This document shows positions 8,518 to 18,343 of a stretch of 45,324 nucleotides of DNA, one piece after another. The stretch is from an uncultured Rubrivivax sp. (GTDB lineage Bacteria > Pseudomonadota > Gammaproteobacteria > Burkholderiales > Burkholderiaceae_C), in the NCBI GenBank assembly GCA_964595215.1, contig CAZQPN010000001.1:1-45324 (forward strand). Direction: 5' to 3'. The position numbers and the translations under genes were made by a program. Every line of letters begins with the position of its first letter. Within the stretch, counting starts at the first letter, position 1. The notes under the pieces are model-generated. The model saw only the letters and a list, made by a program, of their open reading frames with translations, did no database searches and was not told where the DNA came from.

Positions 8518-9336
8518 ATGACCGAACCCCTCTCCGCCGCCGAAGCCGCGATCCGTGCCGGACAACCGAAGCTGGCCCTCGAAGGGCTGACCGCGGCCGT
8601 CAAGGCGCGGCCAGCCGAACCGAGGCTGCGGATCTTCCTGGCCCAATTGCTGTGCGTCCTCGGACAGTGGGAGCGCGCGCACACCCAGCTCAACGTGGCC
8701 GCCGACCTGCAGCCGGACGCAGGCTCGATGCGCGAGATGGTCGGCCACGCGCTGCGCTGCGAGAAGATCCGCGCGGCCGTATTCGCAGGCCGACGATCGC
8801 CGATGGTCTTCGGCCAGCCCGACGAGTGGCTGGCGCTGCTCATCGAGTCGATCCTGCAGGCCGGAAGCGGCAACCCGGATCTGTCGCACAGCCTCGCGCA
8901 GCGCGCGTTCGACCAGGCGCCGGCCACCAGCGGGATGCTCGACGGCCATCCGTTCGCCTGGATCGCGGACGCCGATTCCCGCCTCGGGCCGGTGTTGGAG
9001 GCCATGGTCAACGGACGCTACTACTGGATCCCGTTCAGCCGCCTGGCGCGCATCGCCTTCGAGCCGGTCGTGGACCTGCGCGACCGCGTCTGGATACCGG
9101 CCACGCTGGCGTTCGCGAATGGCGGCGAGGCCATCGCGATGGTGCCGGTGCGCTATCCGGGCACTGAAGCGAGCGAGGACGGCGGCTTGCTGATGGCGGC
9201 CAAGACCGAGTGGCAGGATCTGGGCGAAGAACGTTACGCCGGCCTCGGCCAGCGCGTCCTGGTCACGGACAACGGCGAGCACGACCTGCTGTCCGTGCGC
9301 CTGATCGAGATGACGTCAGGGGATGCGGCGCCATGA
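8518..9336 (+). CDS. tagJ: T6SS accessory protein TagJ/ImpE/SciE
   Basis: LAQLLCVLGQWERAHTQL, FAWIADADSRLGPVLE, YYWIPF, PVRYPG, YAGLGQR; ATG at 8518. Confidence 0.95.
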   Translation: MTEPLSAAEAAIRAGQPKLALEGLTAAVKARPAEPRLRIFLAQLLCVLGQWERAHTQLNVAADLQPDAGSMREMVGHALRCEKIRAAVFAGRRSPMVFGQPDEWLALLIESILQAGSGNPDLSHSLAQRAFDQAPATSGMLDGHPFAWIADADSRLGPVLEAMVNGRYYWIPFSRLARIAFEPVVDLRDRVWIPATLAFANGGEAIAMVPVRYPGTEASEDGGLLMAAKTEWQDLGEERYAGLGQRVLVTDNGEHDLLSVRLIEMTSGDAAP

Positions 9337-9361
9337 TGGCCGGGACGGGGTTGCAGTCATC

Positions 9362-9892
9362 GTGGCCACGCTGAGTTCCAAGGACCGGCTTCAGCCCGCA
9401 CTGCTCGACCGACTGATCGACGATGCGCCGCGGCAGGTCGCCGAGACCGCCGACGCACGCGTGTTGAACCGCCAGCAGTTGCGCGCCGCGGTGCTGCGCG
9501 ATTTGTCCTGGCTCTTCAATGCAATCCGGCCAGAGCCGGAGGCCGACTCGATCCGGTTGGAGGATCTCGAGCGCTGGAGCGAGGTGCCCGAGGCCCGTCG
9601 GTCGGTGCTCAATTACGGCATGCCGGCCTTCGCAGGCACCACACTTTCGTCGCTCGACGTCAGCATCATCGAGCGCAGCGTGAGCGAGGCCATTCGCGTT
9701 TTCGAGCCCCGCATCGATCCGCACAGCCTGCGCGTCGAAGTGTCGGTGAACCGGCACGGCAATCACCACAACACGCTGCAGATCGTCATTCGCGGACAGA
9801 TGTGGAGCCAACCCGTGCCGCTGGAACTCCTGCTGGCGGCCGACCTCGACGTCGAGACGGGCCACACGCGCGTGCGCGAGCTGCGGACCTGA
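9362..9892 (+). CDS. tssE: T6SS baseplate TssE (gp25-like)
   Basis: LQPALLDRL, VLRDLSWLFN, SVLNYGMP, FEPRI; GTG start 9362 chosen. Confidence 0.95.
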   Translation: MATLSSKDRLQPALLDRLIDDAPRQVAETADARVLNRQQLRAAVLRDLSWLFNAIRPEPEADSIRLEDLERWSEVPEARRSVLNYGMPAFAGTTLSSLDVSIIERSVSEAIRVFEPRIDPHSLRVEVSVNRHGNHHNTLQIVIRGQMWSQPVPLELLLAADLDVETGHTRVRELRT

Positions 9893-9897
9893 CGGCC

Positions 9898-11769
9898 ATG
9901 GACGCGCGCCTGCTTCGCTACTACAACCAGGAACTGCGTTACCTGCGCGAGGTGGGCAACGAGTTCGCGCAGGCTTTTCCGAAGATCGCCTCGCGCCTCG
10001 GGATGGAGGGCCTCGAGGTCACCGATCCGTATGTCGAGCGACTGCTCGAAGGATGCGCCTTCCTGGCCGCCCGCGTCCAGCTGAAGCTCGACGCAGAGTT
10101 CCCGCGCTTCTCGCACCGGCTGCTGGAGCTGCTGTACCCGAACTTCCTCGCGCCGCTGCCGGCCATGCTGGTCGCCCGCGTGACGCCGGTGCCGGACGCG
10201 AACCTGCTCAAGGGCCACGTGCTGCCGCGCGACAGTGCGTTGCATGGGCCCGCCAGCAGCGTCAGCGGCACGCGCTGCGAGTTCAGGACGACGCAGGCCA
10301 CGACGTTGACCCCGCTGACGACGGCGTCCGCATCCCACGTCATCGACGTCACGGACCTCGGACTGTCGGGCCGACCGCTGGCGGCACGGCCGCGCAGCAG
10401 CCTGCGCATCGTGCTCGAGCTGCCCCAGGGCATGAGCTTCCAGAAGGTCGAGCTCGACACCCTTCGCTTCTACCTGTCCGGGCAGGCCGATGTCGCGATG
10501 AAGCTGCACGAGCTGGCCCTGACCAGCGTCGTCGGCATCGTCGCCGGCGCTCCGGGGCGCACCGGCGACGGCGGCCGGCAATGGCTGCCCAAGGCCAGGG
10601 TCGAGCCGGTCGGCTACGCCGACGACGAGGCGATGCTGCCGACCTCGCTGCGCACGCTGTCGGGCATGAGGATCCTGCAGGAGCACTTCGCCTTCCCCGA
10701 GCGCTTCCTGTTCATCGACGTGCACGGCCTGCGCGACGCCTTCGCGGCCACGCCGGGCAACCGGCTGGAGATCGTCTTCGTGCTGTCCCAGAGCGGCCAG
10801 GGCCTGGAAGGGGTCGTCACGCCGGAGAACTTCAGCCTGAACTGCGTGCCGGCGATCAACCTGTTCCCCAAGCGCGCCGATCGCATCCACGTCAACGACG
10901 GCGAGTACGAATTCCACGTCGTGCCGGACCGCACCGCACCGCTCGACTTCGAGGTGTACGACATCCTGTCACTCAGTGGCTACGACGATGCCGGTGTCGA
11001 GCAGCGTTTCCTGCCGCTGTACGGCACCGACCACGGCGAGCCGGGCCGGCAGTCGGCCTATTACACGTTGTGGCGCGAGCCACGGCTGGCGAGCGACACG
11101 TCGCGGCGCGATGGCCCGCGCTCGGGCTACGTCGGCTCGGAGGTCTTCGTCTCGCTGGTCGATCCGGCCGAAGCGCCCTATCGGGAGTCCTTGCGCCAGG
11201 TGTCGCTGCGCACCCGGTGCACGAACCGGGACCTGCCGGTGTTCATGCCCGGCAGCGGGTCGCAGGCGGATTACGCACTCGACGCCGGCGTGCCGCTGCA
11301 GTCGGTCCGCGTCGTCAGCGGCCCGTCGCGCCCCTTCTCGGCGATGCGCGAAGGCGGGGTGGCGTGGCGGCTGCTGAACCTGCTGTCACTCAACTACCTG
11401 TCGCTGCTGGACACCGACCAGGGCGCCGCCGTCGATGCCCTGCGTGACCTGCTCGGCCGCCTGCCGCAGGGCAACGAGCCGACGGTGCGGCGCCAGATCG
11501 AGGCACTGCAGCAGGTCAGCGCCAGGCCCGTGGTGCGACGTCACCCGGTACCGGGCCCGATCGCCTTCAGCCGCGGCATCGAGATTCGTTTGCAGGTCGA
11601 TGAGCTCGGCCACGCCGGCGGCAGCGCCTACCTGTTCGGCGCAGCGATGCACCGTTATCTGGCACGCCATGCTTCGCTGAACAGCTTCGTCGAGACCGTT
11701 CTGGAGTCGCTCACCCGGGGCGAGGTGGCACGCTGGAAACCCGCGCAGGGCGCGCGGCCGGTCGCATGA
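9898..11769 (+). CDS. tssF: T6SS baseplate TssF
   Basis: MDARLLRYYNQELRYLRE, DPYVERLLEG, FAFPERFLF, PAINLF, CTNRDLP, LSLNYLSL. Confidence 0.97.
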   Translation: MDARLLRYYNQELRYLREVGNEFAQAFPKIASRLGMEGLEVTDPYVERLLEGCAFLAARVQLKLDAEFPRFSHRLLELLYPNFLAPLPAMLVARVTPVPDANLLKGHVLPRDSALHGPASSVSGTRCEFRTTQATTLTPLTTASASHVIDVTDLGLSGRPLAARPRSSLRIVLELPQGMSFQKVELDTLRFYLSGQADVAMKLHELALTSVVGIVAGAPGRTGDGGRQWLPKARVEPVGYADDEAMLPTSLRTLSGMRILQEHFAFPERFLFIDVHGLRDAFAATPGNRLEIVFVLSQSGQGLEGVVTPENFSLNCVPAINLFPKRADRIHVNDGEYEFHVVPDRTAPLDFEVYDILSLSGYDDAGVEQRFLPLYGTDHGEPGRQSAYYTLWREPRLASDTSRRDGPRSGYVGSEVFVSLVDPAEAPYRESLRQVSLRTRCTNRDLPVFMPGSGSQADYALDAGVPLQSVRVVSGPSRPFSAMREGGVAWRLLNLLSLNYLSLLDTDQGAAVDALRDLLGRLPQGNEPTVRRQIEALQQVSARPVVRRHPVPGPIAFSRGIEIRLQVDELGHAGGSAYLFGAAMHRYLARHASLNSFVETVLESLTRGEVARWKPAQGARPVA

Positions 11770-12899
11770 ACGACTCCGCCGGATCCGCCGCGCCGGTCGA
11801 CCCGGCGCCCCTCCAAGCGCGTCAGGCGTCGCTCCGGGCATGGCTGGCTCAGGTCGCTGCGGCGCCCCACCGCTACGACTTCTACCAGGTGCTCAGGCGC
11901 ATCGAGGCGGCCCGCCCCGACCTGCCTCGCCTGGGCGAGGCGATGCGCCCGGCGGCCGAGCCGATACGCATCGGACAGCCGGCCGATCTTTCCTTCGCGC
12001 CCGCGGCGCTGCACGCACTCGATCTCGATGGTGCAGTGCCGCGCCTGCAGCAGCGGATCTTCGGTCTCGTCGGACCGAACGGACCACTGCCGATCCACCT
12101 GACGGAGCTGGCTCACGACCGGCTGCACCACCACGCCGATCCGACCCTGCAACGCTTCCTGGATCTGCTCACGCACCGATTCGCGCTGCTGTTCTATCGC
12201 GCCTGGGCACAGGCGCAGCCGGCGATCGGCATGGACCGCCAGGACGATTGGGACTTCGACCGCCGACTGGCCACGCTGGTCGGTGTCGGCAGCGGCCCGC
12301 TGGCGGACCGCGATGCTGCGGGCGATGCGGCCAAGCTGCACTTTGCCGGACGGCTGGCGCGTCAGGTGCGTGATGCCGATGGGCTCGAGGCATGGTGTCG
12401 CAGCGAGTTCGACATCCCGCTGCGCGTCGAGCAGTGGTGCGGCCACTGGATGGCGCTCGCGCCCGACGAACGCACGCGTGCGTCGTCGCGCGACGGCCAG
12501 CGCCTGGGCCGCGGTGCCGTGCTCGGCGGAACCGTCTGGGACGTGCAGCACAAGTTCCGCATCGTCGTCGGCCCGCTGACGATGCCGCAGTACCGGCGAT
12601 TCCTGCCGGGAGGCACCGATCTCGAGCGCCTTCGGGCCCTGGTGCGGCAGTGGGTCGGACTCGAGTTCGAGTGGGACCTGCGGCTGGTGCTGCTGCGCAA
12701 GGAGGTGCTGCCGCTGCAGCTGGGCACCGCACCGACCCGGCCGGACGGTGCGAGTCTCGGCCGGACCACGTGGCTGGGACGCTACCGCAAGGCGCACGAC
12801 GCCGACGACCTGTGCATCGACGTCGAGCGCGCTCTGCGTCGACGTCGCCCCACCCACGACACGATATCCGCGGCAGGCCTGCCGCATCATCCTCAGTAA
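11766..12899 (+). CDS. tssG: T6SS baseplate TssG
   Basis: YDFYQVLRRIE, FGLVGPNGPLP, FLDLLTHR...FYRAW, LGRTTWLG; ATGA overlap with tssF. Confidence 0.96.
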   Translation: MNDSAGSAAPVDPAPLQARQASLRAWLAQVAAAPHRYDFYQVLRRIEAARPDLPRLGEAMRPAAEPIRIGQPADLSFAPAALHALDLDGAVPRLQQRIFGLVGPNGPLPIHLTELAHDRLHHHADPTLQRFLDLLTHRFALLFYRAWAQAQPAIGMDRQDDWDFDRRLATLVGVGSGPLADRDAAGDAAKLHFAGRLARQVRDADGLEAWCRSEFDIPLRVEQWCGHWMALAPDERTRASSRDGQRLGRGAVLGGTVWDVQHKFRIVVGPLTMPQYRRFLPGGTDLERLRALVRQWVGLEFEWDLRLVLLRKEVLPLQLGTAPTRPDGASLGRTTWLGRYRKAHDADDLCIDVERALRRRRPTHDTISAAGLPHHPQ

Positions 12900-12915
12900 G
12901 ACCTGGAGCCCTGCC

Positions 12916-15603
12916 ATGAGCGAAATCAGCCGCGTTGCCCTTTTTGGCAAGCTCAATCCCCTGGCCTACAAGGCCATCGAGAGTGCCACCGTCTTCTGCA
13001 AGATGCGCGGCAATCCCTACGTCGAGCTGGTGCACTGGATCGCCCAGCTCGTGCAGACGCAGGGCACCGATCTGGAGGCCATCCTGCGCCACTACCAGAT
13101 CGATGCCTCGGCACTCGCCAAGGACATCACGACCGCGCTCGACCGACTGCCGCGCGGTTCGACGGCGATCTCCGATTTCTCCGAGCACATCGAACACAGC
13201 ATCGAGCGCGCCTGGGTCTACGGCACGCTGATGTTCGGCCAGGCGCAGGTGCGCACCGGCTACCTCGTGCTCGGCATGCTGCGCACCAACAGCCTGCGCA
13301 ATGCGCTGCTCGCGATCTCGCGCCAGTTCGAGCGCATCAAGGCCGACGATCTGTCGGAGAATTTCCAGAAGATCTGCGGCAACAGTGCCGAAGCGGGCCT
13401 GGGCGCCCAGGACGGCAGCGGGCTGGCGGCCGGCGTCGGCGGCGAGCCTGGCACCGACAGCGGCGCGATGGCCCCGGCCGCAATGGGCAAGCAGGAGGCG
13501 CTGAAGAAGTTCTGCGTCGACATGACCGAGCGCGCCCGCGAAGGCAAGATGGACCCGGTCTCGGGCCGCGACGAGGAGATCCGGCAGATCGTCGACATCC
13601 TGATGCGCCGGCGCCAGAACAACCCGATCCTGACCGGGGAAGCCGGCGTCGGCAAGACAGCCGTGGTCGAGGGCTTCGCCCAGCGCCTGGCGCGCGGCGA
13701 CGTGCCGCCACAGCTGCAGGAGGTCTCGCTGCTTTCGCTTGACCTCGGTTTGTTGCAGGCCGGCGCGAGCATGAAGGGCGAGTTCGAGCAACGGCTGCGC
13801 CAGGTGATCGACGAGGTGCAGGCCAGCCCCAAGCCCATCATCCTGTTCATCGACGAGGTCCACACCCTCGTCGGCGCGGGCGGCGCAGCCGGCACCGGCG
13901 ACGCGGCCAACCTGCTCAAGCCGGCACTGGCGCGCGGCAACCTGCGCACGATCGGCGCCACGACCTGGGCCGAGTACAAGAAGTACATCGAGAAGGATCC
14001 GGCGCTGACGCGCCGCTTCCAGGTCGTCCAGGTGCCGGAGCCCGACGAGCAGAAGGCGATCCTGATGCTGCGCGGCGTCGCCAGCGTGCTCGAGAAGCAC
14101 CACCGCGTGCAACTGCTCGACGAGGCGATCGAGAGTGCGGTCACGCTGTCGCACCGCTACATCCCCGCACGTCAGCTGCCCGACAAGGCGGTCAGCCTGC
14201 TCGACACCGCCTGCGCCCGCGTCGCCGTCAGCCAGCACGCGACGCCGGCCGAGGTCGAGGATTGTCAGCGCCGCATCGAGGCGCTGGAGATCGAGACCGG
14301 CATCGTCGAGCGCGAGGCCACGGTCGGCGTCGACATCGGCGTGCGCGGCACCGACGTGGCCGAGAAGCTGGCCGCCGAGCGCGCGCGGCTCGAGGTGCTG
14401 CAGGCCCGCTGGAAGGACGAGAAGGCCATCGTCGACAAGGTGCTGGCCCTGCGCGCGCAGCTGCGCGAGGGCAGTCAGCCGGTCGACCATGCCGGGGCCG
14501 AGCCGAGTCCGGACCGCGACCAGTTGCTCGCCGAGCTGAAGACCGAGCTGGCTCGACTGGCAGACCTGCAGGGCGATGCGCCGCTCATCATGCCGTCGGT
14601 CGATGCCCAGGCCGTGGCCAGCGTCGTCGCCGACTGGACCGGCATTCCGGTCGGGCGCATGGTGAAGAACGAGCTGGAGGCAATCCTGCGTCTGGGCGAG
14701 ACGCTGGGTCAGCGCGTGATCGGCCAGCAGCACGGGCTGGACATGATCGCCAAGCGCATCCAGACCTCGCGTGCCAAGCTCGACAACCCGAACAAGCCGA
14801 TCGGCGTCTTCATGCTGTGCGGCACCTCGGGCGTGGGCAAGACCGAGACCGCGCTGGCGCTGGCAGAGTCGCTCTACGGCGGCGAGCAGAACGTCATCAC
14901 GATCAACATGAGCGAGTTCCAGGAGGCGCACACCGTCTCCACGCTGAAGGGCGCGCCCCCGGGCTACGTCGGCTACGGCGAGGGCGGGATCCTGACCGAG
15001 GCGGTGCGTCGCCGACCCTACAGCGTCGTCCTGCTCGACGAGGTCGAGAAGGCGCACAGCGACGTGCACGAGCTGTTCTTCCAGGTCTTCGACAAGGGCC
15101 GCATGGAGGACGGCGAGGGCCGCATGATCGACTTCAAGAACACGATCATCCTGCTGACGTCCAACGTCGGCTCCGAGCTGATCATGAACATGTGCAAGGA
15201 CCCCGAGCTTCTGCCCGACCCGGATTCGCTGGCCACCGCGCTGCAGGAGCCGCTGATGAAGGTCTTTCCGCCGGCCCTGCTGGGCCGGCTCGTCACCATC
15301 CCCTACTACCCGCTGTCCGGCGAGATGCTGGCCAAGATCATCCGGCTGCAGCTCGGCCGCATCAAGAAGCGCATCGAGCAGAATCATCGTGCGCCGTTCG
15401 ACTACACCGAAAACGCGGTCGAGTTGATCGTCAAACGCTGCAACAATGCCGAGGCCGGCGGGCGCATCATCGACAGCATCCTGACGAACACCGTGCTGCC
15501 CCGGGTGTCGATCGAGTACCTCAACCGCATGGCCCGCGGGGAGGAGTTCCGTGGCATCACGCTGGACGAGAGCGACGGCGACTTCTCCTATGCCTTCCAT
15601 TGA
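12916..15603 (+). CDS. tssH: T6SS AAA+ ATPase ClpV/TssH
   Basis: Two AAA+ modules (GEAGVGKT/FIDEVH and GTSGVGKT/LLDEVEKAH); ClpV N-terminus MSEISRVALFGKLN; GGAG precedes ATG 12916. Confidence 0.98.
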   Translation: MSEISRVALFGKLNPLAYKAIESATVFCKMRGNPYVELVHWIAQLVQTQGTDLEAILRHYQIDASALAKDITTALDRLPRGSTAISDFSEHIEHSIERAWVYGTLMFGQAQVRTGYLVLGMLRTNSLRNALLAISRQFERIKADDLSENFQKICGNSAEAGLGAQDGSGLAAGVGGEPGTDSGAMAPAAMGKQEALKKFCVDMTERAREGKMDPVSGRDEEIRQIVDILMRRRQNNPILTGEAGVGKTAVVEGFAQRLARGDVPPQLQEVSLLSLDLGLLQAGASMKGEFEQRLRQVIDEVQASPKPIILFIDEVHTLVGAGGAAGTGDAANLLKPALARGNLRTIGATTWAEYKKYIEKDPALTRRFQVVQVPEPDEQKAILMLRGVASVLEKHHRVQLLDEAIESAVTLSHRYIPARQLPDKAVSLLDTACARVAVSQHATPAEVEDCQRRIEALEIETGIVEREATVGVDIGVRGTDVAEKLAAERARLEVLQARWKDEKAIVDKVLALRAQLREGSQPVDHAGAEPSPDRDQLLAELKTELARLADLQGDAPLIMPSVDAQAVASVVADWTGIPVGRMVKNELEAILRLGETLGQRVIGQQHGLDMIAKRIQTSRAKLDNPNKPIGVFMLCGTSGVGKTETALALAESLYGGEQNVITINMSEFQEAHTVSTLKGAPPGYVGYGEGGILTEAVRRRPYSVVLLDEVEKAHSDVHELFFQVFDKGRMEDGEGRMIDFKNTIILLTSNVGSELIMNMCKDPELLPDPDSLATALQEPLMKVFPPALLGRLVTIPYYPLSGEMLAKIIRLQLGRIKKRIEQNHRAPFDYTENAVELIVKRCNNAEAGGRIIDSILTNTVLPRVSIEYLNRMARGEEFRGITLDESDGDFSYAFH

Positions 15604-15642
15604 CGACCGTCGTCACCGGCCAGGCCTGACCGGAGCCGGCCG

Positions 15643-17763
15643 ATGAAAGAGGTTCGCTTCAAGCCGCCGACAGGCAGCGGTCTGGCGGAGGAGGAGGACC
15701 TGCTGTTCCGACGCATGTACTGCCGAGAGCAGCTCGGGCGACTGTCGGAGTTCCGGCTCGAGCTGCTGCGCGCGAGTTCCAAGAAGGCCGTGACCGCCAA
15801 GGACATGCTCGGCAAGGCCGCGTGCGTCGAGATGCTGACCGATGTCAACGGAAAGAAGCGCCACCTGCACGGCCTGGTGACCGAGTTCGAGCGCGGTGGC
15901 GAGGTCCGCGGGCGCTATGACCTCTACCGTGTCGTCATGCGGCCATGGCTGTGGAAGCTCACGCTGGGCGAAGACTGCCGGATCTTCCAGAACAAGTCGG
16001 TCGTCGAGATCCTGGATGCGATATTCGACGAGTATGGCTCGACGAGCCAGGTCAAGAAGAGGCTGTCGGGCCAGTACAAGGCGCGCGCCTACACCGTGCA
16101 GTACCGCGAGAGTGACTTCCACTTCGTCTCCCGCCTGATGGAGGCGACCGGCATCTACTACTACTTCGAGCATGAGGAGTCGCAGCACAAGCTGGTGCTG
16201 TGCGACAGTCCCAGCGGGCACGATCCCAAGGGCACCGTCGCCTGGTCGTCCAAGCAGGAGACCGGCGAGCGCGTGCGCGACGACATCCTCACCGAGTGGA
16301 CGCTGATCCACACGCTGCAGCCGCTCAAGTTTGCGACGACCGACTACGCCGCCGAGAAGCCGACCACCGACCTGCTGGCCGAAGCGAAGCGAAAGGATCC
16401 GTACACCGAGTCGAGCGACCTCGAGGTCTTCGACTATCCCGGTCTGCACGACGACCTGCAGATGGCCGAGGGCCAGAGCGCGGTGCCGACGGGCCAGAAG
16501 GCGGCCGACGGCAGGCAGCGGGCGGACGTGGAGGTCGCGCGGTTCGAGTCACGGCACAGCGTTGCCAAGGCGCTGACGCTGCTGCGCCCGCTGGCTGTCG
16601 GGTCGACGTTCAAGTTCAAGGATCACCCAGACGCGGGCGACTACCTGATGACCTCGTCGATCACGACGATGGAGTACAGCGGCTACGAGGCCGAGACCGA
16701 CGACGCCAGCACCAGTTATCACTGCCGGTTCGACGCCGTTCCCAAGACCACCACCTTCCAGCCCGACCGGTCCTGCCGCCCGCCGGTCGTCAACGGGCCC
16801 CAGACCGCGACCGTGGTCGGGCCTGCCGGCAACGAGATCCACACCGACAGGCACGGGCGGGTCAAGGTGCTCTTCCACTGGGACCGGGTCGGGCGCAAGG
16901 CCAAGGACGGCAAGAGCTCCTGCTTCGTGCGCGTGAGCCAGCCCTGGGCCGGCAAGGGTTTCGGCTTCATGGCGCTGCCGCGCATCGGCGACGAGGTCGT
17001 CGTCGAGTTCCTCGAGGGCAACCCCGACCGTCCGCTGATCACCGGTCGCGTCTACAACGGCGACAACCCCCCGCCGTGGAAACTGCCCGACCTGGCCACC
17101 GTCAGCGGTGTCAAGACGCGCTCGAGCAAGGGCGGCGGTGAAGGCACGTTCAACGAGCTGCGCTTCGACGACAAGAAGGGCAGCGAGCACGTCTGGTTCC
17201 AGGCCGAGAAGGACTATCACCAATGGGTCAAGAACGACGCCCAGGTCACGATCAAGGGCATGCGCAAGCAGCTGGTCGAGAAGGACGATCAGTTCAAGAT
17301 CTCTGGCAAGCTCGACGGTGACATCGCCAAGACGGTCACGCTCAAGATCGGCACCGACACGCACGGCAGCATCGGCGGCGACCTGATGATCAAGGTCGGT
17401 GGCGCCGCCGGGTTGACCATCGCCGGTGCCACGAAGGTCAAGTCCGATGGCGCGATGAGCCTGACGACCGCCGCGGCGCTCGACGTCACTGCGGCCTCCG
17501 GCGTCAAGCTCAACAGCGACGCCGCCTTCCATATCAAGGCCACCGCCGGCGTGATGATCGACGGCGGCATGTCGCTGACGATCAAGGCCGGCGCGGGGTT
17601 CATCGTCCTGGACGGCAGCGGCGTCAGCATCGTCGGTCCGATGGTCAAGATCAACTCCGGCGGCAGCGCCTCGCCGGCGCAGAAGGCGGCCGCGGCCACC
17701 GTTCCGGCCCCGAAGGACCCGCCCGAACTGCCCGAACACAAGGACCCGCTGGCCGGCACATGA
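15643..17763 (+). CDS. vgrG: T6SS spike protein VgrG/TssI (no evolved effector domain)
   Basis: RIFQNKS, VQYRESDFHFVSRLME..GIYYYF, GPQTATVVGP, LPRIGDEVVVEFLEGNPDRP, FNELRFDDKKG, beta-helix tail ending GPMVKINSGG plus a Pro-rich end. Confidence 0.97.
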   Translation: MKEVRFKPPTGSGLAEEEDLLFRRMYCREQLGRLSEFRLELLRASSKKAVTAKDMLGKAACVEMLTDVNGKKRHLHGLVTEFERGGEVRGRYDLYRVVMRPWLWKLTLGEDCRIFQNKSVVEILDAIFDEYGSTSQVKKRLSGQYKARAYTVQYRESDFHFVSRLMEATGIYYYFEHEESQHKLVLCDSPSGHDPKGTVAWSSKQETGERVRDDILTEWTLIHTLQPLKFATTDYAAEKPTTDLLAEAKRKDPYTESSDLEVFDYPGLHDDLQMAEGQSAVPTGQKAADGRQRADVEVARFESRHSVAKALTLLRPLAVGSTFKFKDHPDAGDYLMTSSITTMEYSGYEAETDDASTSYHCRFDAVPKTTTFQPDRSCRPPVVNGPQTATVVGPAGNEIHTDRHGRVKVLFHWDRVGRKAKDGKSSCFVRVSQPWAGKGFGFMALPRIGDEVVVEFLEGNPDRPLITGRVYNGDNPPPWKLPDLATVSGVKTRSSKGGGEGTFNELRFDDKKGSEHVWFQAEKDYHQWVKNDAQVTIKGMRKQLVEKDDQFKISGKLDGDIAKTVTLKIGTDTHGSIGGDLMIKVGGAAGLTIAGATKVKSDGAMSLTTAAALDVTAASGVKLNSDAAFHIKATAGVMIDGGMSLTIKAGAGFIVLDGSGVSIVGPMVKINSGGSASPAQKAAAATVPAPKDPPELPEHKDPLAGT

Positions 17764-18338
17764 GCGCCGTGCCCGCCGCCGCGTCGTCCGCCGACGCCCC
17801 CGCACTGACGGCGCCACAGCTCAAGGACCAGCTGTGGGCGGCTGCCGCTCGGCATGTCGTCGCCGTCGTGATGGGGTCCCGTGTGCCAGGCCTGCCCGCG
17901 CGCCTGGCCACGGCCGACGTGATCGACTTCGACTGCCTCATTCCCGGCGCGCTGTCGGCCGAGCAACAGCAGCAGGCGCCCTACATGGTTCACCTCGCGA
18001 GTCAGTCGGAGTTCACCGACTGGCTGCTGTTCGAGGCCGCCGCCGGCCTCGGCGACTGGGGCGTACTCGTCCTGACCACCGCACCTGCGCTCGCGTTGCG
18101 CAGCCATCTGCGTTCACTGATGCAGGCCCAGCTGCCCGATGGACAGGTCATCGACCTCGACTGGATGGACGCGCCGATCCTCCAGGCGGTGCTCGGGGCG
18201 GCCGGCGCGCCGCAGCTGACCGAGTTCATGGGCCCGCTGCAGAGCATCGTCGTGCCGCAGGCCGAGGGCTGGATGCTGGCCCGCCTGGCCCTGAACCAGC
18301 TGCAGTGGCAGTCGATCCGCCTGCAGCGGCCGTCCTGA
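17760..18338 (+). CDS. DUF4123-family T6SS effector adaptor (Tec/Tap-1-like), divergent
   Basis: Overlaps the vgrG stop; APYMVHL, WGVLV, LRSHLRSL...LPDG; the usual FRFYDPR motif reads LDWMDAP. Confidence 0.8.
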   Translation: MSAVPAAASSADAPALTAPQLKDQLWAAAARHVVAVVMGSRVPGLPARLATADVIDFDCLIPGALSAEQQQQAPYMVHLASQSEFTDWLLFEAAAGLGDWGVLVLTTAPALALRSHLRSLMQAQLPDGQVIDLDWMDAPILQAVLGAAGAPQLTEFMGPLQSIVVPQAEGWMLARLALNQLQWQSIRLQRPS

Positions 18339-18343
18339 GCCAT

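Noticed and set aside
12169..15600. 1143-aa - strand ORF
   Set aside because: Antisense shadow of clpV/tssG caused by codon bias.
17300..17763. Possible evolved VgrG effector domain
   Set aside because: The region is the normal beta-helix needle plus a short Pro-rich tail.
17834..18343. Long N-terminal extensions in the ORF track (also at 8170, 9802, 12748, 18910, 23250, 24188, 26531, 31538)
   Set aside because: They overlap upstream genes in other frames; downstream starts fit family N-termini and stop-start coupling.
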